The position numbers were made by a program, and so were the translations under genes. Below are positions 1-12,896 of a DNA stretch of 64,000 nt, piece after piece; within the stretch, counting starts at the first letter, position 1, and the number at the start of each line of letters is the position of its first letter. The DNA comes from Laetmonice hystrix (lineage: Eukaryota). Under the pieces are notes generated by a model. It was given only the letters and a program-made list of their open reading frames with translations. It did no database searches and was not told the DNA's origin. Location of the stretch: contig OZ249436.1 in NCBI GenBank assembly GCA_965235115.1, positions 5,458,001 to 5,522,000 on the forward strand, given 5' to 3'.

Positions 1-3000
1 TTTGCCCATCATTTTGTCCAAAATTAGAATGGAAACTTATCATTTTTAAAGTTTATTTTCAACTCTATACCATGTTATACACACAAAATAGAATTTTGGT
101 ATTACTTTAATTTTTTTTTCGTCTATCACGCAAGTTTCACTTTAATGTTTAATGAGGGACTATTATAGCTTCGGGGTCACCGGTCTTTTCTGCAGCCAGC
201 AGGGAGCTAGCGGTAATGACGCGTGATCTACAGCGGAGACATAGTTTCCTTTTTTCTCTTCCGTTTTAAAAATCCTTTAGCCTAATTGAGTTTAGCTTAT
301 CGCTCGAACTTGAAATTTTAACATGGTATCACTGTGGTTCAAAGGTAAGTATTTGAGGATTTTTTGGTGCCACTTTAAGAACGTTAAACAGCCACCCTCT
401 AGTTTGACGATGATAGGGGTGAAAAATAAGGGGGGGGGGGACAGACTCCGAATTTGATTAGTCTGACTACCCAGAGCCAGCGTGTACCCCTGATACGGCT
501 GGGCCTGGGGGAATTACCCCCCCCCCCCACCCCCACCCCCACCCCCTCCCGGTGCTACTGAGGACAAAATAATTTGCTTGACACAAACGTTGTTTATTCA
601 GGTTTTTGGCGGCAGTCGGACTCTAGAACCAGCAGAAGTACCTACCAAATATCCTTCCCAGCATCTTTCTCATGTGAAATTGGCACACCAAGGACAGCAG
701 GCGCACCAGCCTTGGCATTCACACTACAAGAATATCTACTTTAATAAACCGACTGACACAGTAGGTTCTTGTTTGCAATAGCCACAGAGGTCATAGTAGT
801 AATTTGTGCTATTCAGCAGTTTTTTTTGGTTACATTCCTGGCCTTTACTTTATTTTCTTAGATAATCCTCACAATTATCAATTTTAATATATAAGCCTGA
901 TAGTTTGTTCTGTTTGATCATTTAAAATATTTTCATAATGTTAGGCAGTATCCTGTTGCCTGTTGGCCTATAAGGCCCTATCTTAAGTCAATCGCTTGCG
1001 TACCATGAAAGTTATTTATAGCTTGATTCTTATCTCGATTTGTGTTTTTTTATACCGCGTAATAATGAGAAGTGCCGTTTTATTTTCTCTATCAGCCCAG
1101 CAGACTACACTTCCCGACATTTGAGAACAAAATGAACAACACCGAAGGAAGCGATATCAAATCAGTGCTCAAGGTGTCCGATGGCAGTGGCGCTTACGTC
1201 ACGCAGTACGCGAGAGTTCACGAGAAGCTGGGCGTTCTGCTCGGGCCGGGTGTGGGGCGCGACCTGGCGGTCAGGAAGGAGTACAATCTACTGACAGGTG
1301 TGTACTGTTACAGGTGGTAAGGGAAACGTCCCCGTATGTGGGAGCACAGCTGGTGTCGGCAGGTCATGGCGGCCATGATTCCAGCTCCGACTGGATGCTG
1401 CAGCCATCAGCAATTTTATGTGACGGCCTGGGTTGATGGATCGGTAGGGTCGCCTCGTGTCCCTCGACACCGTGCATAGAGAATGACAACATAAAAACTT
1501 CTCCTCAAGCTTTCAACAGTCCCATCTGTCCAAGTATAAATGTATTCAAGGGGAAAAGTAAAATGGAAACCAAAACTAAAAGCTCTGTAGTGCGCGGGCA
1601 TGGAGATCGAAAACACTTTTCTTATTAGACATTTATTTATAGATCGAGTCCCATTCGATACAAGTGCACTGAAAAACACTTCTGATTGAGCTGTTGCTTG
1701 TTGTGGTCGTTCTTCTTCTTCTTCAAGTGCATAAATTAATCTCTTTGTCTGATCTTTCTCAGGGGAGCAGCTGGGTCCAGCTTGGAAGGCCGAAAACAAG
1801 AGGATATCAGGCAACAGGATACTGTATAACAACTACCGGAAGGACGCTAACCAACATTTTGTTCTTGGCTAGCTGAGCTGAACGTCAAAGACCATGCAAC
1901 CTATCCTTCCAGTTGCCACAAATAATTTGGTCATTGATGAACTTCGTCAAGCGACATTGTTCACCCGTTGTCATTTAGGCCAATGCATGCCCCTCGTTTT
2001 TATGCTACGTGAATTGTTGAGGCACAATGTAACACTGGTGTTTAACTCACCTAACGCCCCCTCCCCTTTTCCCAACAGAATGTAATCGTTTGAAACGGCA
2101 TTTATGAATAATTACCTACGATAATGAATTTATGTATTCTTTTACCGAATGTGAGCACTTTGTCTTTGAGCCTCGTGCCCCTGACCCTGTATTTAAGGTT
2201 TTTATACCCAACCCCCTCCCCTATTCCGTTACACTCTAAAGACGTGTTATATACATTGAAAGAGGTGTAACGTCCCCGTGGCTGTCTGGGGCATGTTTTA
2301 CAGATACCAAACACATTTTTTGTTTTCCAGCACTGTGAATATCACCTTGTAACATCATATATGGCTGACGTAGTTTTTAACCAATCACAGCTTGGCTTCT
2401 TGGCCAATCACGGGTTTCCGTAGAAGCCAGATTTGTACGATTTGCCGAGGACGTATTATGTGACTGCCTAACGCAGCTGATCGAGTATTGTGGTCGGTGT
2501 ATGAACGCATGCAAGGTGCCCGTGAATTATTACTATTGGATCGGCCAGTATGCATAGAGATGCTCAGATCTGAATTGACAGGGAAAAGAATCTCATTGTT
2601 GAAATTTCTTTCAAAAAACAAGCCCAGTAGAGTATTAGATCGAGTTCAACGTTAGTTCAGATTAAGTAATCGAAGAAGGTCTTAGGAAATTAAGTTGTTT
2701 TAGTTGACCATGTAGAAAAAATGCGTATTTTTTGCCAATATCATGTGGAAAACAACCGATTTTTGTTGTTAACTATTACATAATTGTTTATCACTGTTAA
2801 TCCTGGTCGGTATGGTTGGTTTTTTTTTTGGGGGGGGGGGGGTATTTGTTTTGCACTGATATGCCACAGTGAAATGCACACGTGAAAAGGTACTCTTTAA
2901 ACTGTAATACACAGGGATGGGTTTTATCGTGGAATCTTACATTTGTAATGGATTGTGGCGAGAAGGAGTCTATTAATGCAAGCAATGCATATCAAGCATA

Positions 3001-3484
3001 TACACTGTATATCTGTGATATTTCATGATTACTGTATCTGAGATAAATAAGGCGCCAACAATAATCAGTGTTATTGTACTGATTTCTCTCTACCATTTTG
3101 TAAAGCCATATTCATAAGGAGCGCATTTTAACATTGCCTATGGAAGATAATCATGACTTTGTACGCAAATGCATAAATTAAAGGTAAATGTGTGTGAGAT
3201 TATGTACATCTCCAGTGTGATTTCTGTCATTTTAATAAAAAGCCATAAAACATCCCTAGACGACTCGCTCTATATCATAGATCTGCTTGTCTTCCTCCCT
3301 GCTTTTTGGCTTCACTGTCATGTAGGGGACTACCGTTATTGGATTGGTGGCTTTGTAATGTCATAACATGACAGACGTCTTAGGCGGTCGCGATGTTCCA
3401 TAATTCTGTAAGCCATTGAGATAATTTGATCTAACGTCCTTTCGAAATCTCCGACCAATATGGTCATATGCTGATTTTTTCTAC

Positions 3485-3800
3485 CGTTCCACCAATAATG
3501 TAACGTCATATCCTGACTTTTTCAACCGTTCCACCAATGTAACGTCATATTCCACCAATGTAACGTCATATTCCACCAATGTAACATCATATTCCACCAA
3601 TATAACGTCATATTCCACCAATGTAACGTCATATCTCGACTTTTTCAACCGTTCCACCAATGTAACGTCATATTCCACCAATGTAACGTCATATTCCACC
3701 AATGTAACGTCATATTCCACCAATGTAACGTCATATTCCACCAATGTAACGTCAAATGCTGACTTATTCAACCGTTCTGGACACCAATAATGTAACGTCT
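3485..3800. repeat. 21-bp minisatellite (TTCCACCAATGTAACGTCATA)
   Basis: About 13 tandem copies with occasional longer variants; explains the repetitive ORF 3481..3771. Confidence 0.95.
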
Positions 3801-4262
3801 GTCATAATTAGGCGTTACTGTCGGACGAACATGATTAGCTTTTGCTCCTTTCGGTCGTGTAGAAATATCGAGCCATGTCGCTCATAACATCCACTAGGGA
3901 GAAAATGAGACATGCACATATGTTAGAAGACGACGGAACACGCCAGAACAAACGGAGACGAGAAGGAATTTTGGCAATTGTTCCACTCGCACATTTATTG
4001 ATTTGGGCCCGGTCTCATTGGTGAAAGTGCAAGCCCCTTACGGCGCCAGTGGCGGTCATGGTGCTCGACGAAACCACCCGTAATGGGACGGAATCCTGGT
4101 TTGTGTTTGGTTTGTAAAATTATCGTTCAGTAGCAGCCGTCACTTGTTTTAGCCGCAAGTCCTGTCGTGGTGGCTATGGCAAGCGGAATGGGTAAGTTTC
4201 GAAAAACAGTATCAATCAGAAAATGCCTGCCAAATGTTACAAAGCTCAATCATACCCTGGCA

Positions 4263-4432
4263 AATCTCTCTGTTCTCCTTTAATAGTCTGAAGTCTGAGA
4301 GTGACGTTTCTCCTTGATTTTAATCTCTCTGTTCTCCTTTAGTCTAAAGTCTGAGAGTGACGTTTCTCCTTGATTTTAATCTCTCTGTTCTCCTTTAATC
4401 TAAAGTCTGAGAGTGACGTTTCTCCTTGATTT
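4263..4432. repeat. ~57-bp tandem repeat, 3 copies
   Basis: TCTCTCTGTTCTCCTTTA...AAGTCTGAGAGTGACGTTTCTCCTTGATTT occurs three times in tandem. Confidence 0.9.
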
Positions 4433-4588
4433 GAAAGCCATAATTCGAGGAATTAAAAATCCGAACAAAATCTGCACACGGCACTCATTATGTACATCTC
4501 GTCTGGCAAGCTTATATCGCCAGGTGTGATTGGTTGCACGTTAGGCCCAAAGTTCGCATATAGTGCATAATTTATGTTGTCTGCTGTA

Positions 4589-5325
4589 CATTCTAAAAAC
4601 AGATTGGTTGGAAAAATACCAATCATTGGTTGAGCCGGTACTGGTTGTTTTAACCAACAATTTGGCTAAGTCACAACCAATACGTTGGTTATTGGGTAAT
4701 CAATCACATTGGTTGCGATTAAAAACTAATGTGGTTGGTTACTGGATAACCAACACAGTGATCACGTGATGACTCTCACCTGCCCCTTTCTTTGTTTATA
4801 CCCTGAAGTGTCATACCTGTGATAGTCGTCTAATTAAACCGTGGGCATAAATGAACAATAATAATACAGTCTTTATGATAGTGAGTAGAGTGTTATGTCA
4901 AACCCGGGCCTAATTAAGTGGGATTTGTTGACATTGCTCATGGAAACACCATCTTTGGATGCTAGAGAACATAATAATTAACTCTTTTGTAAAAGCAGTC
5001 GGTATTATTATGCGGAGTAGCCTCTTAGGTTGCAGACGTTTGCATTTTCCTCGAATGGCCCTGTCTAAAATCATCAGGCCATACGAATCTAAACTAAAAA
5101 AAACAGTTGTTTGTTCATCGCTTATCATAACTTCATTAGTGCACTGTACAATTAATTTTCTTGGTTAATTGGTTAAATCTACCAATTCTAAATGGTTATA
5201 AGTCCTCCAATCAGGATTGTTGTTCCAACGGTGAACCAATGTATTGGTTGGACTCATTCCAGCCAACAAAATTGCTTAAATTTAACCAATATTTTGGTTA
5301 GATTAACCCATTTGTTTTTAGAGTG
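4589..5325. mobile_element. Non-autonomous TIR element, EnSpm/CACTA-like termini
   Basis: Ends CATTCTAAAAAC and GTTTTTAGAGTG, each flanked by TA; subterminal TTGGTT/AACCAA repeats at both ends. Confidence 0.7.
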
Positions 5326-6092
5326 TATAATGTAGGGTACATAATTTTATAAGCAGGAGTGGACTGGAATTATCTGAAGATGGGGCAGCCATTAGAAATC
5401 ATAGAACCCCACCCCCTACCCCACCCCCACCCCCACCACCACCAATATCAATGTACGTAGACGCTATACATGAAGTCTGATTACATGTGCACCGTGATGA
5501 TTTGTTTGTGCAAATCAAGGGGTACATACATGTATATTATTTTCCTGTCAAAATACTGTGTATTTATTATGGGGCCTTTAATAAACAGAGGGATAGTGAT
5601 CGAGTCTAATACTAGTATCCGCTTAATGTTTTCTAACGTTGAAATCTATAGAAATATAGGGGACTAAACCTTGATGGACCTTTACCCTGGATCTTCTGTA
5701 CGTACCTGAAAGGGAAAATTGTAGCACAATTCTGAACAACATGCATGGACCTCGGCTTAAACAGGCGGGAAATCCTCTCTGGCACAAGAGGATTTCGTAT
5801 GGCTGCAGGTTGGAGAGCCTTTGATATCCCCAGGTGCCGCATAACTGACTGAACACGACGTGGATTAGTGCGCGTCGCACGTGCTTGCTATTTATGTTAA
5901 GTCGTGCCAAGTAATGGACGTCCATTTGTATGTCCATGTCGTAGTGACCATGTGATGGCTGAATGGACGTAACGACTCGTATCGTAATATACAAGGGTAA
6001 AGGTTAAGCGAATTTGGGTGATCATCAGCTGACGCCTAACGACACATTAGGCTAGTTATAGGCCTACCATAATTAGGCCTATGTGAGACTAA

Positions 6093-6503
6093 TGGCCCAT
6101 TCACACCGCAGCCGATACCGATACCGATGCGATACCGATGCCGAGGGCGACACCGATGTCCACACCGACCTCGGCGGCAGTGTGAATGATGCACCGATGC
6201 CCGACACCGATGCCGACATGTAGATCCCGACTGGTCCCCGACACCGGCCCGGCTGGCGGCCGTCCTCCGCGTCGGTGAGGGATTGCTCCGATCCAGATGC
6301 ACGGGAACCTCCCGGTCTCCAAAACATCGGTGGCCGACGTTTGAAAAATAGAACATGTTCTATTTGCCTCGCCGACGTCGGTGTCGGCCACAGACGTCGG
6401 CGTCGGTATCGGCCTTGGTGTGAATGCTCCCACTGGAAATAATGTGGTTTTTTTTTTAAACATCGGTGTCGCCGTCGGTATCGGCTGCGGTGTGAATGGG
6501 CCA
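6093..6503. mobile_element. PIF/Harbinger-like MITE
   Basis: TIR TGGCCCATTCACACCGCAGCCGATACCGA with its reverse complement at the right end; flanked by TAA and TTA. Confidence 0.85.
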
Positions 6504-7343
6504 TTAGGTTTACTTTTTCAAAGTAGACCTTGGGCTTTCGGAGAAACATCAGATATCTTTCAGACCCACATCTCTGGTGTTTAGTCGGAAGAAATTTCTG
6601 ATAGACCCGACCTTTTTACTCGAGCAAACCCCGCTGCCTATAGATATACTGTGGCCTTCTCTGGTATTCTGTGGGTAATGAGATATCCCAGAAATACGAA
6701 TCGTTTATGCCTATAATGTATAGGCTTAGGTTGATGCTGTCTTTGGGGGCAATCGCTCTATGCCCCTAAGGACATCCTGTTGGTGCGGTGCACGGCCGTA
6801 TAGGAGCATGTTCACTCTCCTGATCCAGAGAAAAGGCCGGCTGTTGCTTTCGCTTCGTCGACCAAAACACTTAGTGTTTATGTCTATTTACCACTGACGC
6901 GTCGCTGAGTTTTTCTCGGCTTCAAGCAACATCGATTCCCGTATACCGGGGTTGTGCTGGGGATTGTAGTGTGTTCTCTGCTCATTTGGAAATTACTCGT
7001 ACTGACATCACTGGAAATCTCTCACCAGCATGCAGATATTTCTCCCGAGAGCCTAAAAATAATAAGCCCCTATATATAGCAGCGAGAAATGTTGTATCTA
7101 GAAAAATGCGTACCCCCACAAAAATATGGGCTTTATAGTCATTATGGTGCCAGAAAATGTGTCATTCAGGTTTTTAATTTGCATGTATCCGTAAACAACC
7201 TGATGCATGTTGTCAGCCAGACATCCAGTTATACAACTATTTAAATGTAAAGCATGCGAGTTACCATGTGAATACAGAGTATTTTACTCACATAAGTATG
7301 CGCACGCACATAGAAGTAGGCGTAATATTGTGCACGTAAATGG

Positions 7344-7429
7344 CAGGGCCGTTTCCTGGGTGCATACAGGATCCGGCCGCCAACAGCAAACGGCCGCCAA
7401 CAACAAACGGCTGCCAACTCTATTTATTC

Positions 7430-7493
<64 letters not shown>

Positions 7494-7774
7494 ATACTCA
7501 TATATGTGTATATATACTCATAGCCTAATTTGTATACTGGCCTCTCGGCGGCCGTTTGCTATCGGCGGCCGGATCCTGCTGTGACCGTATCCTGGGGGGG
7601 GGGGGGGGGGGGGGTTACAGGGTGTCTGCAACCCCCCTTGGGTCCAGCCGTAAAAATAAATTTTTTTTTTTTAAATAGGCCTATCTAACCTTTATTGGAG
7701 CCACACAAAGGGTGATGCGGTCTCAGACTTTGTAACCCCCCCCCCCCCAGGCCACTTGGCAGGATACGGTCCTG
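7344..7774. mobile_element. hAT-like MITE with 5-bp TSD, host of a nested element
   Basis: Termini CAGGGCCGT and TACGGTCCTG; AATGG on both sides (7339-7343, 7775-7779). Confidence 0.75.
7359..7586. mobile_element. Nested MITE with GG...CC termini, 8-bp TSD and internal (CT)n
   Basis: Inverted arms CAGGATCCGGCCGCC..AGCAAACGGCCGCC; TSD GTTTCCTG/GTATCCTG (one mismatch). Confidence 0.75.
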
Positions 7775-8160
7775 AATGGCCTGTAAGTGCACCTATGTCG
7801 AGCCTGTAAGGGAACCTATGTCGAGCGAGCGAGGCATGACTGAGAAAGAAGAGGCCTCTGAGTGTCTGCAAGTCCTCCCAGAATATGAATATTTAATATA
7901 TCTACACCTATAAACCTATACTCTCCTTCTATATGAATAAATGTTAATGAATATAAACACGCGAACACACGCCGTCGGCCGATTGGACTCATCGCAGAAG
8001 GAGGAGACGCACCTTTTCGACATTGTTGCGATCGCTGTGGTTGCGGGCTGAGGTTTCGTGGCAGTAATCATGTCCAGCATGATACAAATTGTATTTTTGT
8101 GTAGATGGAATAGTTCAGGGTTTACAACAGACAGCAACTGTCCCATGACGATGCCCTCTT

Positions 8161-8565
8161 CACTGGCGGATCCAGGGGGGTTCAGGGGGTTCGAACCCCC
8201 CTAAAATTTTGCAGATACACACATTTTAACTTAACATTATAATTTAGAAGTTTTTTTCTTTTAGTCGCAAGATAAAAACCACCTAAAAAAAATTTTTGCC
8301 TCGCTACGCTCGGCATGATTTCAAGCTATAGCCAAAGATACTATTGGACTTGAGGAGGCCCTTTTGCCCTTGGTCGCATTGGTCATTGAATAGCTTATTT
8401 TGTGCTCCAAAATGCATCGGATTGCAACAAATTACACCTTGAATTTCCCCCGGACCCCCCTAGGAAGGCTTCGCGCCTTCGGCGCTCGTACGGTCATGTC
8501 TCTGTTACCCCTAAACACGTTGAACCCCCCCCCCCCCCTAACGGAAAAAGCTGGATCCTCCCCTG
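8161..8565. mobile_element. hAT-like MITE (CA..GGCGGATCC type) with 5-bp TSD
   Basis: CACTGGCGGATCCAG ... CTGGATCCTCCCCTG; CTCTT on both sides. Confidence 0.8.
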
Positions 8566-8773
8566 CTCTTTCGCTCTCTTCTATTCGATATGTACACATC
8601 AAACCCCCTGGTCATGCATGCAGACCGCTTCAACTACAGTTTCATGGCTAATTAATTCACACACGAACTATTATAAGGCCTTTACGTTGCCATTTTCATA
8701 TTGGAATACCGTGTACATCGTGTAGGCCTACCAGTATAGAGAGGCTACCGTAACTATAAGTTCTACAGCAGTC

Positions 8774-9125
8774 ATGAGAACTGCCTACATCCCGCTCACT
8801 ATACTGTGTGGATTCGCAGTGTTCATGATTGTAATTCGGTTTCCCCCACTGTATCTGGTTGGGTCATACTATGAAAGAGCCTTTCGTTTCCTTCGGAAGG
8901 ATCAACCTGGCGACGATGACCGTTCAACATTTAGTCAAGCCGAGATTCATCAGTTACAACAGGGCTTTGACCGACCTGACAACGGACGGTTTGTAACTTA
9001 TATTAGGAACTATTGGATCAGCCATCCATCACCGCTAACCAAACATGTGTTGGCTAGTCCAACGTGGGATACGTCTCAACATGGTCAATCAGCATTTATT
9101 GACAAAGAGCTGTCAAAACGAACAG
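8774..9125 (+). CDS. FkbM-family (Star-like) methyltransferase, coding exon 1 with N-terminal membrane anchor
   Basis: ATG, hydrophobic segment, then SQHGQSAFIDKEL motif; donor CAG|GTAACC at 9126 (phase 1) joins in frame to GGFFVECGA. Confidence 0.9.
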
Positions 9126-9324
9126 GTAACCCATATGACAATGACAATGACAGACCTAAATACTATGACAATAATAGTGACAACGACAATGATAAAATGG
9201 TTTATTTGTCTAGCATTTACAATGTACATTTACAATGTATGTGTTTGTCGGCAGGTGTAGCAGGATCGCCACAACCCTAACTTTTTACTGAGTGATATCG
9301 GACCAGAACACTATAGATTGCTCT

Positions 9325-10607
9325 AGTCCTCGGTTCGGATCACTCTAGAGGGATTTTGTCCTAGGTTCAGAGCACTCTGGAGTGATTTTGTCCTATAGGT
9401 TCAGAAAACTCTAGAGCGATTTTCTCCTAGATTTAGAAAACTCTAGAGTGATTTTGTCCTAGGTTCAGAAAACTCTAGAGTGATTTTGTCCTAGGTTCAG
9501 AAAACTCTAGAGTGATTTTGTCCTATAGGTTCAGAAAACTCTAGAGCGATTTTCTCCTAGATTTAGAAAACTCTAGAGTGATTTTGTCCTAGGTTCAGAA
9601 AACTCTAGAGTGATTTTGTCCTAGGTTCAGAAAACTCTAGAGTGATTTTGTCCTAGGTTCAGAAAACTCTAGAGTGATTTTGTCCTAGGTTCAGAAAACT
9701 CTAGAGTGATTTTGTCCTAGGTTCAGAAAACTCTAGAGTGATTTTGTCCTATAGGTTCAGAAAACTCTAGAGCGATTTTCTCCTAGATTTAGAAAACTCT
9801 AGTGATTTTGTCCTAGGTTCAGAAAACTCTAGAGTGATTTTGTCCTAGGTTCAGAAAACTCTAGAGTGATTTTGTCCTAGGTTCAGAAAACTCTAGAGTG
9901 ATTTTGTCCTAGGTTCAGAAAACTCTAGAGTGATTTTGTCCTAGGTTCAGAAAACTCTAGAGTGATTTTGTCCTAGGTTCAGAAAACTCTAGAGTGATTT
10001 TGTCCTATAGGTTCAGAAAACTCTAGAGCGATTTTCTCCTAGATTTAGAAAACTCTAGAGTGATTTTGTCCTAGGTTCAGAAAACTCTAGTGATTTTGTC
10101 CTAGGTTCAGAAAACTCTAGAGTGATTTTGTCCTAGGTTCAGAAAATTCTAGAGTGATTTTGTCCTAGGTTCAGAAAACTCTAGAGTGATTTTGTCCTAG
10201 GTTCAGAAAACTCTAGAGTGATTTTGTCCTAGGTTCAGAACGCTCTGTGATTTTGTCCTAGGTTCAAAGCACTCTAGAGTGATTTTGTCCTATACATTCA
10301 AAGCACTCTAGAGTGATTTTGCCCTAGGTTCAGAGCACTCTAGAGTGATTTTGCCCTAGGTTCAGAGCACTCTAGAGTGATTTTGCCCGAGGTTCAGAGC
10401 ACTCTAGAGTGATTTTGCCCTAGGTTCAGAGCACTCTAGAGTGATTTTGCCCTAGGTTCAGAGCACTCTAGAGTGATTTTGTCCTTGGTTCAGAAAACTT
10501 TAGAATGATTTTGTCATAGGTTCAGAACGCTCTGTGATTTTGTCCTAGGTTCAGAACACTCTAGAGTGATTTTGTCTTAGGCTCAGAGCACTCTGGAGTG
10601 ATTTTGT
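9325..10607. repeat. 32-bp intronic minisatellite (GAGTGATTTTGTCCTAGGTTCAGAAAACTCTA)
   Basis: About 40 tandem copies filling most of intron 1 of the methyltransferase gene. Confidence 0.97.
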
Positions 10608-10657
10608 ATAGGCAGTATTACCGGTTAGGTAACTTAGATATTCTTACTCTTCGACAG

Positions 10658-10886
10658 GTGGTTTTTTCGTCGAATGCGGGGCTCACAACGGAAAATATCT
10701 CTCCAACACTCTTTTCTTGGAGCGGGAACGAGGCTGGACGGGCCTGTTGATTGAACCAGAACCGTCCTCGTACAAGTCCCTTCAGGCCATGCAACGGAAC
10801 ACGTTTTCTGCTAATGTATGCCTTAGCTCAGCCAACCAGACAATGCGCGTCAAGTTTATGCCCATGGGAACGCATGGAAGACTGCT
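10658..10886 (+). CDS. FkbM/Star-like methyltransferase, exon 2, 5' part (interrupted by transposon)
   Basis: Acceptor CTCTTCGACAG|G; encodes GFFVECGAHNGKYLSNTLFLERERGWTGLLIEP, the family's SAM-binding signature. Confidence 0.92.
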
Positions 10887-12277
10887 GGTCACAATTCATG
10901 AACTGGGGTATCAAAAATGGGGGATTGTAACACATCTGACAAAGTTGTCCCATTCAAATCGAACTTTTACTCAGAAGAATAGGGCTACAACAACAAACTA
11001 GGTATATTCTGAAAGCTTATCATGTCACCTTTCTACTGATGTCACATTTATCACAGTTTGATTCAATGCAACCAAGTTCTTGTGTTGTGAATGAAATGAG
11101 TACCTGGGGGATCGGAGGAGGCGGTCGGAGGAGGCGGTGCATTTTCAATACAGACTTCAATGTGTGGTTCTGTTATTAGTCTCTAGGTTTCCAAGAGGGT
11201 CAAAGAGAGGCCAGTAGAAGGAAGCTATTTTAGTAGTGGACAGATCTTACAAATTGGCCTTCCAGTTCTACAATCTTGTCAACTAGTGATCGTGAGATTT
11301 TTAATCCCCTTGTAATTGTTGGTGTACATGGGAATGAGAAAATTGGAACAGGCACGTGGGTGTTTAGTTTGCATTTTGATCCCTATATATGAGGATTTTA
11401 TGCATAAATAGTCATGAAGGGTATACAGCTGGGACTGCCAATAGATCCCAGGATCCATTTTAGGTGACTGTGGTGCCGTAGGACACCAGGGCCCATGCAT
11501 AAAACTACTTAAGTCTAAGTAATACACCTATGTATTGTACTCGAACATGCCAAACAAAAGATAAGGGTTATACTTTGACTTAAGTAGTTTTATACATATG
11601 GGCCCAGAATCGCCCGCTTCACCCCTTAGCACAACCCTTGGTAGTTGCCAGTATTATTAGGTTATTATTTCACTGTATTTGTACTAAGTCAGTACACTTT
11701 GTTGCGAGGTCAGAGGTGCAAGATGGTGCTAATTACAATTATTTAATAATTATTTATTATCTTAAGAGATTTATTTTCTCATTGTTGGCTTTTATTCAAC
11801 TTTACACAGTCACGGATTGCCCGAGGGCTCTAAATATAAAAGCTGATCATTTCCATTGCATTTTTCATGATTTTCACGCATTTTTCATGATTTTCACCCA
11901 CCTGATTTTCAAAGTTCTTTTTTGTAGTCATTTTGGTGTGGGACATCACAACATTAGGTCTCACTTGAAAGAACATTTTCTTGTCTGCATTTTGCCACCA
12001 GTTTGGTGAAATTCGGTTGAAATAAAGGGAAGTTAGGCTTATTTTTGTCAAACCATGTCCGTTTTGAGAAAATCAATAAAAAAGGTTGGAGTCCCAATGC
12101 ATTATCCTATTGATTACGGTAATTCAATTGTACATTATTCATTAACGGATGGGAATAATAGAGTCAGTCTATGTGCAATTAAGAGACCTTCATTTGTTTA
12201 TTTCACAGGATGAATATTGAAAAATTGACCATTTTGACCCTGTTACACTTTTTGCCCCCAGTTCATGAATCACGACC
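10887..12277. mobile_element. 1391-bp non-autonomous TIR transposon, copy A (inside exon 2)
   Basis: ~22-bp imperfect TIR GGTC(ACA/GTG)ATTCATGAACTGGGG; 4-bp TSD TGCT (10883-10886, 12278-12281); removal restores the frame ...GRLLQKMRG... Confidence 0.95.
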
Positions 12278-12281
12278 TGCT

Positions 12282-12639
12282 ACAGAAAATGCGAGGAGAC
12301 CTCCAGTCTAGAAACCATATTATCGTCCAGTGTTTCCCCCTCCTCTCCCTGATGCTAGCCCTGGGAAGGACACACATAGACTACTTTTCCCTTGATGTTG
12401 AAGGAGCTGAACTGGGGATCTTGAAGACCATTCCATTTAGAAAGATCACTATTGACATATTGACAGTCGAGTACCGCGACCTGTCAGGAAGAGTCGCACA
12501 GAGTATCAGTAAGTTGAACAAGTTGCGGCAGTTTTTTGAAAGCACCAAACTTTACAAAGAAATTGCAATAATCCCGTACCACCCAGATAACGCGAAACGC
12601 GAACAAAACGGTGTCGATGTGGTCTTTAAGCGCGTCTAG
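12282..12639 (+). CDS. FkbM/Star-like methyltransferase, exon 2, 3' part
   Basis: VQCFPLLSLMLALGRTHIDYFSLDVEGAELGILKTIPF..IDILTVE motif; TAG at 12637-12639. Reconstructed protein is 312 aa. Confidence 0.92.
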
Positions 12640-12896
12640 ACTGGTACGAACAAGCCGTGACAAAATATCTATATGAGAATTATGGATGCAGGGATATATA
12701 AGTAGGCTAATCCAGTCGTCTTGCTGCCTATAGGTCAGATCATTAGTAATTAGTCATCACTTTAATAACATGATAACAGTGCTCCTATCTCCTGTAGGCT
12801 AAATGTAGGTGGTGCCACCAACGAGATGCCGTTATAACAAGTAGGCCTAAATTAAAGATTTTAAATTATTACGTCATCAAACCCACCATGTCATAC

